Below, in pieces: positions 29,790-39,644 of a stretch of 64,000 nucleotides of DNA. Source of the DNA: an uncultured virus (IMG/VR IMGVR_UViG_3300006128_000009). Lineage: Duplodnaviria > Heunggongvirae > Uroviricota > Caudoviricetes. The position numbers and the translations under genes are program-made. Below the pieces are notes generated by a model. The model made no database searches. It saw nothing but the letters and a program-made list of their open reading frames with translations, and was not told the origin of the DNA. The stretch is from IMG/VR virus record IMGVR_UViG_3300006128_000009; one strand, written 5' to 3'. Numbering within the stretch: the stretch's first letter is position 1; every line of letters begins with the position of its first letter.

Positions 29790-30902
29790 TTACACTTTTA
29801 TTGTCTTTTGTAAAGTATTAACGCATGCAATATTTTCGTTAACCGCCACAAAATCAACACCTAATACTTCATCAGTATAATTGGCGATAGAAAAACCATT
29901 TTGCCAGTTGGGATCTTTTACGTAAGATGGATTTAGATCACAAGCACAAGCATTTTCATAATTGTAGTAAGTCTCTGCCTTTCTGTTACCTACAGCAGGA
30001 TGACGTTGAGACGTAGCACCAAACCTGTGAACGTGATTTGTAATAGTAGAAGCAAATACCTTTTCATACTCACCTCTAGCAGACTGACCACCATTCTTCC
30101 TTACAACAGTACCATGCTTTACAATCATATTGGTAGGAAGAATAACCTCATCAACCAATTTAACTCTACACCAAGACTCATGTGGGAAGAAAACATTTTC
30201 ATAAGAAAGAATCTCTTGAACTCTAGGTAAAGAAGCAGCTTCACCGATCTGTCTGCTAAGATATCTCCACCAACGACCTTCTTGGCTATTACCTGAATGA
30301 TTCGCATTAGTCTCAAGAATTTCCGCATTAAATGGCTCGGTAATATCATGAAGGATTTTCAAGAACTTATGATATCTCTGAATTTCATCCTGCAAAGATT
30401 GCTTATGCCTAACATCCTTTGAATATGTGCTTACTGCAAACATATCTAGAGTATCACCGTTAAGAATTACCTTTTCAGGTTTAAGCTCTTGAACAACTTG
30501 ATAAAAGATATCAATAGTAGGCTGATGTTCAACACCAAAATGCAAATCACCGATAATAACAGCCATTTTATTTGATTCCTGTCTTACTTCTGATCTAATA
30601 GGAGCAGGATATAGAACAGGTGTAAGCTGTTCGAGGAAACTAAGAACCTCATCCGCATCAGCATCATATTGCTTACAGAGTTTTAGAGCATTACCAACGA
30701 CATCACCATCTTCGTTCAAGATAGGCTCCTCTTCCAAAAACGTACTGGTAGTTACTTCGAGACTGTTACCAATCCAATTATAAATTGTCTTTCTAGGTAC
30801 GTTAAGAATCTGAGAGATTTCTGTGTTGGTTTTACCTTGAGATTTAAGATCTCTGGCTTGATTTTTCAGTTGTTCCTTGAACGCATCGATTTGATTAGTC
30901 AT
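29790..30902 (-). CDS. HTH + calcineurin-like phosphoesterase
   Basis: N-terminal HTH; GDLH, NGD.LD, NH, KHG, HVHR. Confidence 0.8.
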   Translation of the reverse strand: MTNQIDAFKEQLKNQARDLKSQGKTNTEISQILNVPRKTIYNWIGNSLEVTTSTFLEEEPILNEDGDVVGNALKLCKQYDADADEVLSFLEQLTPVLYPAPIRSEVRQESNKMAVIIGDLHFGVEHQPTIDIFYQVVQELKPEKVILNGDTLDMFAVSTYSKDVRHKQSLQDEIQRYHKFLKILHDITEPFNAEILETNANHSGNSQEGRWWRYLSRQIGEAASLPRVQEILSYENVFFPHESWCRVKLVDEVILPTNMIVKHGTVVRKNGGQSARGEYEKVFASTITNHVHRFGATSQRHPAVGNRKAETYYNYENACACDLNPSYVKDPNWQNGFSIANYTDEVLGVDFVAVNENIACVNTLQKTIKV

Positions 30903-31075
30903 GATTTATATATCATAACCGAATTCGGATGAATGTCAATCTTTTTTGAAGAAGTCTTTTATTTTCTGGAAAATATTTTTTTGTTTTTTAAGAAGAATAG
31001 CTCTTTTTGGTGCTGGTTCTTCTTCAACATAAACATCTTTATATGTTCTATTTGTGGTATATTTTAATTTATTTG

Positions 31076-31933
31076 TCATGCTTTATAATTTATATTTGAG
31101 TTTCTATGCACTAAAGATGAATTTTTAGAATTTTCATCTTTAGTGTATTCATTTGAATTAACTATTGCGGAATTTTCAGAAAAATCCGTTTTAATATATT
31201 CTTTTTTTTCGATCAAAGAATTATAAGCTAAGACCAAAGCGATTGCAAGAGGATCAAATACTAAAACAATAGCAAGCGTAAACCATTTAACAATTGTGTC
31301 CATGTCAACACCAAAAGCTTTAGCAACATATTTAAGCGTTCCAATGTCAACTTCCTTCGATCCTTCAATCTTCTCTTGGATTGAATCCTGACTAACTCGA
31401 AATAATTCATTTGTAAGTTCATCAATTCTAGTTCTTGTTGCGTTGATTTCTTCGCCTGATCTTCTAATATCTTCATATACTGGTCTAGCCGATTTCGATG
31501 ACATTTGTTGTAACCTCTTTTCTTGCGATTTCCTAGCTTCATTTAAAGTATTTATTCTTTCGTTAAGTTGTTTTATTTCAGTATTTAAAAATTCTTTCTT
31601 TGAAACTAATGCTTCTTGTTTAACATCAGTAAGTTCAACTTTGACATGGCTTTGTTGATAGGCACCTGTTAAGAAACCAAAAATACCAAGAGATGTTATA
31701 CCCATTAGGGTTAAAACTGCTAATGTAAGATATGTTTTAAGAATCCAACTTGTCGATTTCCAATATCTATGTAAAAAAGAAGCAGCAACTAATTTTCCCA
31801 CTTCAAGTCCACCAGCCATTACACAAACTGCAATATAACGAGCGGCGTACAAGGTTGCTAAACCTTGAACGGAAAAGAATGCAGCACATCCTGCTACTAT
31901 TAAAGCTACGATTCCAACTAAAGCAGTAAACAT
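31076..31933 (-). CDS. Membrane coiled-coil protein
   Basis: LEVGKLV, ITSLGIFGFL, VFDPLA; four TM segments. Confidence 0.7.
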   Translation of the reverse strand: MFTALVGIVALIVAGCAAFFSVQGLATLYAARYIAVCVMAGGLEVGKLVAASFLHRYWKSTSWILKTYLTLAVLTLMGITSLGIFGFLTGAYQQSHVKVELTDVKQEALVSKKEFLNTEIKQLNERINTLNEARKSQEKRLQQMSSKSARPVYEDIRRSGEEINATRTRIDELTNELFRVSQDSIQEKIEGSKEVDIGTLKYVAKAFGVDMDTIVKWFTLAIVLVFDPLAIALVLAYNSLIEKKEYIKTDFSENSAIVNSNEYTKDENSKNSSLVHRNSNINYKA

Positions 31934-31945
31934 ATAGAATATTTA

Positions 31946-32761
31946 CTACTTATAAACAGCTGATATGAAAGTATTATCCAACGTACCATCAATACACATA
32001 TAAGTTAAATGTGCTATTTGAGATGGACTTGAATCTAAAATAAATGATGCTCCATATGTAGTATTGCGGGATGCAACAGAATTGGTTACTATTTGTAATG
32101 TTCCGCCAATTGGATTAAAAACTAAAACATCAATTCTTCTACCAGCACCATATTGAACATTGATAGGAGTTATAGTTAAAGATCCACCTTGACCATTAGA
32201 ATGGCAGTGAACAAAACTATCATTTAGAAAATCAACACTCAATGCTGTTACATTTGTTGTTGTCGGTACAACCCTAATACCAGTTGAAAATGTTTGTATA
32301 AATCCTTTTCCTACAACATTTAAATTTGTTGCAGATGTATTACTTAAATATGTATTTGATTGAGCAGATAAAGGTGCAAGAAAATTAACAGCAGGTAATC
32401 CACCTGTTCCAATTGTCATTGGTAAAGCACCAATTGCTGGATCTGCTCCAATATTATTACCACTTATTAAAAGACCACCAGTATAAATCACTGTCGATTT
32501 TAGTCCAGCATTAACAACATTAAAGTTATTATTTTCATTTGTTAAAGCTAATGGAGGATTACCAGCAGAAAGTGGCGAAAGGAAGAGAGAATTAGCGGAA
32601 ACGAAAACATCAGCAATTGGACTACCCGATGAACCAATAGAAAAAGTATTAGCGGTAGGTATTAGGTTATTACCGATAAAAAGATCATTTCCATTAGTGG
32701 AATAAATTTCATTTCCACTAAAAGCAATATTACCAGTTCCAAGTAATGATATTCTTCCCAT
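31946..32761 (-). CDS. Putative tail fiber/structural protein
   Basis: G/S/N/T-rich, NLIP...FSIGS motif. Confidence 0.55.
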   Translation of the reverse strand: MGRISLLGTGNIAFSGNEIYSTNGNDLFIGNNLIPTANTFSIGSSGSPIADVFVSANSLFLSPLSAGNPPLALTNENNNFNVVNAGLKSTVIYTGGLLISGNNIGADPAIGALPMTIGTGGLPAVNFLAPLSAQSNTYLSNTSATNLNVVGKGFIQTFSTGIRVVPTTTNVTALSVDFLNDSFVHCHSNGQGGSLTITPINVQYGAGRRIDVLVFNPIGGTLQIVTNSVASRNTTYGASFILDSSPSQIAHLTYMCIDGTLDNTFISAVYK

Positions 32762-32762
32762 A

Positions 32763-33410
32763 TTAGTTATAAGATATAAATGTAGCAAAAACCGTTTTAT
32801 TTGCACTACTAGCTTTAATTGCTACTTCGCTAGTATCACCAACCAGTTTAAGATCTACAGATGTATTATTATCAATTGGTAATCCTATTGATTTGGAAGC
32901 ATTTTTAATATACATAGTACCACCTGTATTATTTAAAATTGTTATTTCGTTGGCTGGATTTGAAGGAAGAGATGTATATGTTGATGCATTAATAGCAGCA
33001 CTTAATACATCCCAATTTGTAACAGTTGTAGCTGGAAGATTATTTACAAATACGTTTAATCCACTATTTGTAATAACTGCATAATGTCCAAATTGATCTC
33101 CAATAGAAACAGAATCTGATGATGCTGTTAAATCTTGAGATAAAACTCTTAATGCACCTAACCCAACACCAATTTGAGCAACATCAGCATGTAAGCCTGT
33201 ATATGGGTCTGCAATATGAACATCACCGATATTAACATTCCCAGCAGTTAATGCTACTGTTAGACCATCTAAATTTGTTATATATGATGCTTGGGCATAA
33301 AGGGGTCTTCCTGCGTTATTATCTACCTGAATCCAAGAATAGTTTGGAGGTATATTTGCATTACTATAACCAGCAGAAACTTGATTTGTAAAAATATAGT
33401 TAGAATTCAT
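32763..33410 (-). CDS. Putative structural protein
   Basis: Beta-rich composition; GTAAATA upstream. Confidence 0.55.
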   Translation of the reverse strand: MNSNYIFTNQVSAGYSNANIPPNYSWIQVDNNAGRPLYAQASYITNLDGLTVALTAGNVNIGDVHIADPYTGLHADVAQIGVGLGALRVLSQDLTASSDSVSIGDQFGHYAVITNSGLNVFVNNLPATTVTNWDVLSAAINASTYTSLPSNPANEITILNNTGGTMYIKNASKSIGLPIDNNTSVDLKLVGDTSEVAIKASSANKTVFATFISYN

Positions 33411-33613
33411 CCAACTATATTTACCTTTATTCGTTGATTCCTACGATTAATTCTTTCCAAGATTCAAATTTATCTGTGGGTTCAGGAACTTCCCAACCAA
33501 AAAACCAAAATTTACCTTTTCTATATTGAGCAATTTCAGCCAACGGAACACCCTTTTCATCCCTGTCTTTACTAAAGACAAGATACATGAATTCTTCTTT
33601 TAGTTCTGGATTA

Positions 33614-34558
33614 TTAATTGATTCTGACATATTTTACGCTATTAAATGCACTCAAATCATTTCCACCAGCATAGCTAATTGAACTCTGCAATGCTTGTTT
33701 AATTTCATCAAGTCTTTCACTTAAACTTACACCTGCATCTTCCAAATGCAAGTCGAAACCTTCGACATGAATACTCTTACCTTTGGCTGTAGCAGAAGCA
33801 TTACCAAAGTAATGTTTTTTACCATCAGTAGTAGTAGGAGCAGGAGAGTCATTACAAGAAGCAAATAATCCTCCACTCATAACCATCGTTGCACCAGCGA
33901 CAAGAGCTTTTGCAATATCACCATAATGCTTTGCACCACCATCAGCAATAATTGGCTTTTTGGCGACATATGAACAAGACTGAATACAAGAAAACGATGG
34001 TACATGGAATCCGGTTTGATACTTCGTAGAGCAAGCACTTCCCGTGCCAATTAAACATTTAGTTGCGTCAGCACCCCATTCTTCCAAATCAACCGTTGCT
34101 TGTGGTGTTGAAGTATTACCAGCAATCAAAAATACATTGGGGAAAATCTTTTTGATTTCTTCAATACGCTTTTTGACTTTGATATGATGTCCATGAGCAA
34201 CATCGATTGTAATATAATCAACACGAAGTCCTTTGACTTTAATTAAACAAAGTTCTTCGAGACTATCATCATTTACACCAGTAGAAATACTAATTGTTTT
34301 CCAATTCTGTTCATTAGCCTTTTCAACAAAAGGAACAGTAATGCCATGAAATCTATGCATTACATAAAAGTAATCGTTTTCAGAAAGCCATTTAGCCCAT
34401 TTCTCATCAATTACAGACTTCATATTTGATGGGACAATAGGAAGACTAAATGTATTCTTACCAAAAACAATAGAAGTATCTGCTTCTTTTCTAGAATCTA
34501 GTTCCGAATATTTAGGAACCAGATATACATCATCATAGTATAGTTCTTTACTGTTCAT
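33614..34558 (-). CDS. guaC: GMP reductase
   Basis: YDDV.LVP, SNM, IDVAHGH, GTGSACST, IIADGG, SSISYAG. Confidence 0.92.
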   Translation of the reverse strand: MNSKELYYDDVYLVPKYSELDSRKEADTSIVFGKNTFSLPIVPSNMKSVIDEKWAKWLSENDYFYVMHRFHGITVPFVEKANEQNWKTISISTGVNDDSLEELCLIKVKGLRVDYITIDVAHGHHIKVKKRIEEIKKIFPNVFLIAGNTSTPQATVDLEEWGADATKCLIGTGSACSTKYQTGFHVPSFSCIQSCSYVAKKPIIADGGAKHYGDIAKALVAGATMVMSGGLFASCNDSPAPTTTDGKKHYFGNASATAKGKSIHVEGFDLHLEDAGVSLSERLDEIKQALQSSISYAGGNDLSAFNSVKYVRIN

Positions 34559-34595
34559 AGAATTATTATAACTATTAAAATTAATAAATCAAGAA

Positions 34596-35075
34596 TTATA
34601 ATTCACCCTTTAAAACTTTTCCCTTTAATGTAATTCGATTAAACATTTTAACTATTGGATGTTGATTATAATCAACAAGCAAAGAATCAATCCCCATCTG
34701 ATTTGCTAAAAGTACTACACCTACTTCATCATCAATATGAAATTCAATTTTCAAATCTTCAAACCATTTGTCTTTACTTTTATAATCAGTACAGAATATT
34801 TTTTCTTTTGGAAAATCTATACCATTTTGTTTTAGAATTCGTAGGTTATTTTCTACGCCTTCTTCATCACTACCATGAATTGTTTCAAATGAAATGATAT
34901 AGGTATTGATTCCCAAACTTAGACATTTTTTGAAAATCTCAAAAACAGGTTTTAATATTTTAGTAGCATCTTCTGCTCTATAATGTCTGTGGTGATAGTG
35001 TCTTTCAACTAATGTCCCATGAAAATCAAATGATACTACTTTTTTTGTGAAGATTCCTGTATCATCAATTCTCAT
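34596..35075 (-). CDS. HAD-superfamily protein
   Basis: SFDFHGTL, K, HIDD. Confidence 0.7.
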   Translation of the reverse strand: MRIDDTGIFTKKVVSFDFHGTLVERHYHHRHYRAEDATKILKPVFEIFKKCLSLGINTYIISFETIHGSDEEGVENNLRILKQNGIDFPKEKIFCTDYKSKDKWFEDLKIEFHIDDEVGVVLLANQMGIDSLLVDYNQHPIVKMFNRITLKGKVLKGEL

Positions 35076-35572
35076 AAATCCATTTCTTTTTGGATACTTA
35101 TTTCAGCTACACCATTTTTTCCATCCCCTATTTTACCAAAATATTTCTTTTTTTCAAAAATAAATTTGATTACATCACCGGATTCGAATGGAATTTGTTT
35201 ATCTTGTATGCATTGTTCCAAATCTATATAAAATTTGGAACCTTCCTTGAAAATATATCTATCAAAACCAGACATTTTTATTTAATCAAAAGATAAAGAA
35301 CCGTTAAAAAAATAACAGAACAAATTATTAAAACAGCATGTTTGGGTTTTAAATTCACCGTAAAATACTTACCATTAGACGGTTTCAATTTCCTGTTTAA
35401 TTTCGTAATCTTCTCTGAGTCTATATGTATCATCTTGCTCATTATAAACTACAAATCCTTCCTTAATAAGATATTGGAGTTCATTGAGGATAGCTTCCTC
35501 TTTGGATTGGTTTTGGTTATTCATAGACAACAAAATTAACAGACTTTTGCATCAAAGTCAATAAGTATATCA

Positions 35573-36271
35573 ATGGATGGTTTAAATGACAAAATATGGC
35601 AAAGAGACGGAACTCTCATTCCCATAGTAAGACATAAATTATTGGAGATATCAAAAAGATTTTTAAGTGATTTCATAACACCAATCACGGTAAAAAACGC
35701 ATATCTTGTTGGATCACTAGCATCATATCAATGGACACCTACAAGCGATATAGATGTACATCTTACTGTTGATATTAATGAACCTCATGCTGATAAAAGC
35801 GTAGATGATTATTTTGATTTGAAAAAAGATTTTTTCAATAAAAATCATAATATCTTTATAAAAGGATACAAGGTCGAAATAAACATAAACGAAGAAGGAG
35901 CAGAACAAAAACAGTTTTGGAAAGATAAACCCGTTTACGATATATTCAATGATAAATGGATTATAAAACCAAATCCGAATGTCAGAAAATTAAATGATCC
36001 AATTGTAGTTCAATTGGCTAAATTTTTTGAATTCAAAGTTGATCAATTAATAAAAACCGAAGCACCATCTCACGATTATTCTAAATTAAAAAACACAATC
36101 AAAGCATTACGAAAACAAGGATTAAAACATGATGGTGAATATTCCATAGGTAATTTGGTTTTCAAACATTTAAGAAATACAAAAACAAACGAAAAATTAT
36201 TTGATTTCAAAAATGATATGGACGATAAAGAATTGTCCTTAGAAAAATTTAAAAATTATTTTAAAAAATAA
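35573..36271 (+). CDS. Nucleotidyltransferase
   Basis: GSLASYQW...SDIDVH, VE, GEYS..NLVFK.LR. Confidence 0.85.
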   Translation: MDGLNDKIWQRDGTLIPIVRHKLLEISKRFLSDFITPITVKNAYLVGSLASYQWTPTSDIDVHLTVDINEPHADKSVDDYFDLKKDFFNKNHNIFIKGYKVEININEEGAEQKQFWKDKPVYDIFNDKWIIKPNPNVRKLNDPIVVQLAKFFEFKVDQLIKTEAPSHDYSKLKNTIKALRKQGLKHDGEYSIGNLVFKHLRNTKTNEKLFDFKNDMDDKELSLEKFKNYFKK

Positions 36272-36286
36272 AAAAAGCGGATATAT

Positions 36287-36379
36287 TGGTACTCTCGGCA
36301 GGACTTGAACCTGCACTACGCCAGTGTCGCCCAGCTTCTAGTGTATAAAACTAGGGTTCTACCATTAAACTACGAGAGC
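36287..36379 (-). tRNA. tRNA with TAT anticodon (Ile-UAU) and long variable arm
   Basis: CTAGT-TTTATAC-ACTAG; ~23-nt variable region; GTTCAAGTC; ACCA. Confidence 0.8.
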
Positions 36380-36480
36380 ATTTATTATTAATAAAATATA
36401 ACACATTTAAGGTTGAATGTCAATGTATTTTTTAGATTCAATAAGATTCGAAAATGCATTTTCAAAAGATAAGTATCTAT

Positions 36481-37107
36481 ATGAATAAAGGTTCATATAT
36501 TGTAAATTTAAAATGTTCTTTTTGTGATAAGCAATATAATAGAAACAATTCTTGGTATAAATCAAAATTAAAAAATAAACCTAATAAAAAATGGTATTGT
36601 TCAAAAATTTGTGAAAGTCAAAGTAGATTCAATAAAATTATTGTAAACTGTAAAAATTGTAATAAATCTTTTTTTAAATATCCAAATGAGATTAAAAAGT
36701 CACCAAATCATTTTTGTTCTAAATCATGTTCTGCAACATACAATAACAAAAATAAAACACATGGAAATAGAAGATCCAAATTAGAAAGTTGGTTGGAAGA
36801 ACAATTAACTTCTATGTATCCAACTTTAGAAATACACTATAATCGAAAGGATACTATTAATAGTGAATTGGATATCTATATACCATCATTAAAAGTTGCA
36901 TTTGAACTTAATGGTATTTTTCACTATGAACCAATTTACGGTGAAGAAAAATTAAAACAAATAGAAAATAACGATAATAGAAAATTTCAAGCTTGTTTAG
37001 AACAAGGAATATCACTTTGTATTATAGATACATCTAAATTAAATTATTTTAAACCAATTAATGCTAAAAAATATTTAGATATTATTTTAGAAGTTTTAAA
37101 TTTTTAA
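36481..37107 (+). CDS. Zn-finger Vsr/EDxHD-like endonuclease (paralog of 23923..24588)
   Basis: Same C-terminal domain; ATAAGTA 5 nt upstream of ATG 36481. Confidence 0.8.
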   Translation: MNKGSYIVNLKCSFCDKQYNRNNSWYKSKLKNKPNKKWYCSKICESQSRFNKIIVNCKNCNKSFFKYPNEIKKSPNHFCSKSCSATYNNKNKTHGNRRSKLESWLEEQLTSMYPTLEIHYNRKDTINSELDIYIPSLKVAFELNGIFHYEPIYGEEKLKQIENNDNRKFQACLEQGISLCIIDTSKLNYFKPINAKKYLDIILEVLNF

Positions 37108-37109
37108 AA

Positions 37110-37383
37110 TGGTAGCTGCGGTGGAATTCGAATCCACACTTGATCGATTTTACTTACCACTATAGTTTTCACTACCCTTTCGGTTTGTGGTCTGGACTAT
37201 GCCTTTACCTTTGTATTTCTACTTTAGGTAGATGATTATAGTCTCTACACGTTCCTATTTCTAGGCTTCGCTCGGCGTTGGGATTTTAAACCGTTCACCG
37301 AATTTACATCTTACTACTATACTGTTTCCAATATAGCGACCCTATTACTAAGTCGATTGCCTCTGCCGTTGGGCTACGCAGCC
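37110..37383 (-). tRNA. tRNA-Leu(TAA) interrupted by group I intron
   Basis: Exons 37383-37351 and 37152-37110 join to give ATCGA-CTTAAAA-TCGAT arm, ACCA. Confidence 0.88.
37153..37350 (-). mobile_element. Group I intron, 198 nt, ORF-less
   Basis: P AAATTCGGTGAA, Q AACGCCGAGCGAAG, R GTAGAGACTA, S AAGGCATAGTCC; IGS GGGTCG pairs with exon CGACT giving U.G; terminal G. Confidence 0.9.
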
Positions 37384-37446
37384 ATATTTTAAAAAATTGT
37401 TTCCTCCTTCATTCTTTATATATAATAATATATTTTTCTCAAAGCG

Positions 37447-37572
37447 TCAATACTTTTTCGTAAGTTTTCCCTTAACTTTCACAAATCCTTCAGTCTTACC
37501 AGAAGACTTGGGAAAGTTGGCAACATACTTCTTCATATCAGTAGGACGAGGCTTAGAACCTTTACCAGCCAT
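37447..37572 (-). CDS. Small basic phage protein (41 aa)
   Basis: MAGKGSKPRPTD..KY; manual translation. Confidence 0.55.
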   Translation of the reverse strand: MAGKGSKPRPTDMKKYVANFPKSSGKTEGFVKVKGKLTKKY

Positions 37573-37859
37573 TAGTTTGTACCTCCGTTTACTTGATTGT
37601 TGACTACTTCATTCTGCGAAGGAATACCATAAAAATAATCATGTCCAATATGCAGAATGTCATCACCCTGATCGTTTTGTTTGATAATTGCATAATAAAT
37701 GCTATTACCAGTACCGTGTACGAGTTCATTTCTCATGACAAGTAGATCATCTACGAGTTCCTGTGAGATTTTAATCTTTGGAATACTGACTCGAATATCA
37801 AGATTAAAGAAATTTTCTTCTTCGGATACGTCTAGGATTTTTCTTTTCTTTTCGTTCAT
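37572..37859 (-). CDS. Hypothetical protein
   Basis: ORF in run. Confidence 0.55.
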   Translation of the reverse strand: MNEKKRKILDVSEEENFFNLDIRVSIPKIKISQELVDDLLVMRNELVHGTGNSIYYAIIKQNDQGDDILHIGHDYFYGIPSQNEVVNNQVNGGTN

Positions 37860-37864
37860 ATTAA

Positions 37865-38335
37865 TTAGTTATTTTTTACAAAACGACCATTCATGTCTCT
37901 ACGAACCTTCTTCTTTGGTTTCTTTGTAGGAGACTTCTTAGTGGGTTTCTTACCCTTCTTAGAAAGATTCTTTACGACTTCATCAGCCTCACGGGGAGAT
38001 ACCTTGAAATTCTTAGTCTTGATCTTATTGAGATCAATTACATGAAGACCCTCATTTGCAAGAAACTCAATTCTCTTTAGAGTATAGTTACCATTGTAGC
38101 AATGATCTCCATGCGAGAGATTCAAAAACTCAACAAAAATATTAACAAGGTCATTCTCCGAACCATTGTAATAATCAGACTCGACAAATGTTACAGGATT
38201 CTCGTTCATCTGAACATGAGAATGCAACCAACGATTAAAACAATAAACTGAAGGAATTCGTGTGATAGGAATTACCTTATCAGTAGTATCGATGATTTTA
38301 TTTAATGCTTTGGATAATACGGTTGTTGTATTCAT
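37865..38335 (-). CDS. Hypothetical protein with basic tail RD.NGRF
   Basis: ORF; sigma70-like promoter upstream. Confidence 0.6.
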   Translation of the reverse strand: MNTTTVLSKALNKIIDTTDKVIPITRIPSVYCFNRWLHSHVQMNENPVTFVESDYYNGSENDLVNIFVEFLNLSHGDHCYNGNYTLKRIEFLANEGLHVIDLNKIKTKNFKVSPREADEVVKNLSKKGKKPTKKSPTKKPKKKVRRDMNGRFVKNN

Positions 38336-38377
38336 ATCAACTATCTTAACAGACAGCTGATCGAATGCAAGTCTTTT

Positions 38378-39217
38378 TTAACCTTTTCTTAATTGATCAA
38401 GATAATTTTGTGCGTTTTTAACCAAAGTAGTATCACTAGTTGGAGTTTCTCCCATATGGGTTTTTATTTCATTTTCCACCGATTTGTTTTTTGCTGAATT
38501 TAAAACTTTATTGAGATCATTTACTAATTTATCAGCAGCCATAGAATTTTTTCCATCCTTCTTCAAGGCTTCTACTTCATTTTTGATATTATTATCTACG
38601 GTCATATCACCGATGGATTTATCTTTTTTGAAAAGATTATAGAAATTAGTTAATACTTCTTTAATTCCTATTGCCGCAGCAGTTGTTGCTAAAGGTACAT
38701 AAGCAGCTGCGAGTGAAGTCATTGCATACTTTAACGATGACTCCGGTGCCATTTGTAACCCCAAAGTTTGAGTTAAAAAGTTATAAACATCATGGAAACT
38801 TTCCTTAACTACTTTTCTTTTAACTGGTTCGGAAGTTATCTTCTTTCCGGATTTCTTAGCGGATTTTTTAATTTTTTTGACGATACTTTCTTTTTTCTTT
38901 GCTTCTTCAATAACTGGTTGTAAGCCATGTGGAATTTTATAGGACGAATTATCTAATTCTTCTTCAGTCTTTTCTCCATCTTCGTCCTCTCCATCATAAA
39001 GATAATCTTCTGGATCTTCTTCAATTTCTTCAAAATCATCTGTTATTTTAGACTCAAGACCTTCATCATCATCAATTTGTGCTCCTGTTGATGGTTCGAG
39101 TTCATCATCTTCATTACGAACTTTTTTCTTATGCTTATCTTCAACCTTAACATTATGTTCTTTAATGTAGATTGATTCGTAAAGTGATTCTAAATTGATT
39201 TTGTCTTTATTGTCCAT
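38378..39217 (-). CDS. Hypothetical late protein
   Basis: MDNKDKINLESLY; GTAAATA upstream. Confidence 0.65.
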   Translation of the reverse strand: MDNKDKINLESLYESIYIKEHNVKVEDKHKKKVRNEDDELEPSTGAQIDDDEGLESKITDDFEEIEEDPEDYLYDGEDEDGEKTEEELDNSSYKIPHGLQPVIEEAKKKESIVKKIKKSAKKSGKKITSEPVKRKVVKESFHDVYNFLTQTLGLQMAPESSLKYAMTSLAAAYVPLATTAAAIGIKEVLTNFYNLFKKDKSIGDMTVDNNIKNEVEALKKDGKNSMAADKLVNDLNKVLNSAKNKSVENEIKTHMGETPTSDTTLVKNAQNYLDQLRKG

Positions 39218-39644
39218 TTTTAATATTTACTCTTCAATTCTCCAAAATGTCTTTAAGTTTTCTTAAAAGTTTAAATCCAGCACCGACACTTAAATGTATG
39301 AGAATACCTTCAAAGGAAAGTTTAATGATTGTTAACTCACTCACTTCTCCACTCTCATCTAGTATTTCTTGCACGGAAATATCCTTCACAATGAAGGTTT
39401 GTTTTTTATTTGCCTTTTGAGCAAATTCTTTAACCTTCATTCTCTTATTAAAATCTGTATTTTTATTTTTAGCCATCCTATCAGTTATACTTATTAGTAT
39501 ATGATAGCGATTTAGACCATATATTATCAAGATTTGTTTGGTTTATTTTTAAAGAACTTTTTTATCGGTTTGTATATCTTCTCTGGAAAACGGTCAAGTT
39601 TAAGAACTATTCTTCTGTGTTCCTGATACCATTTAATTTCTTCT

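Noticed and set aside
37491..37502. GGTAAGAC match outside the early block
   Set aside because: Imperfect match inside a coding sequence with no partner box; likely chance
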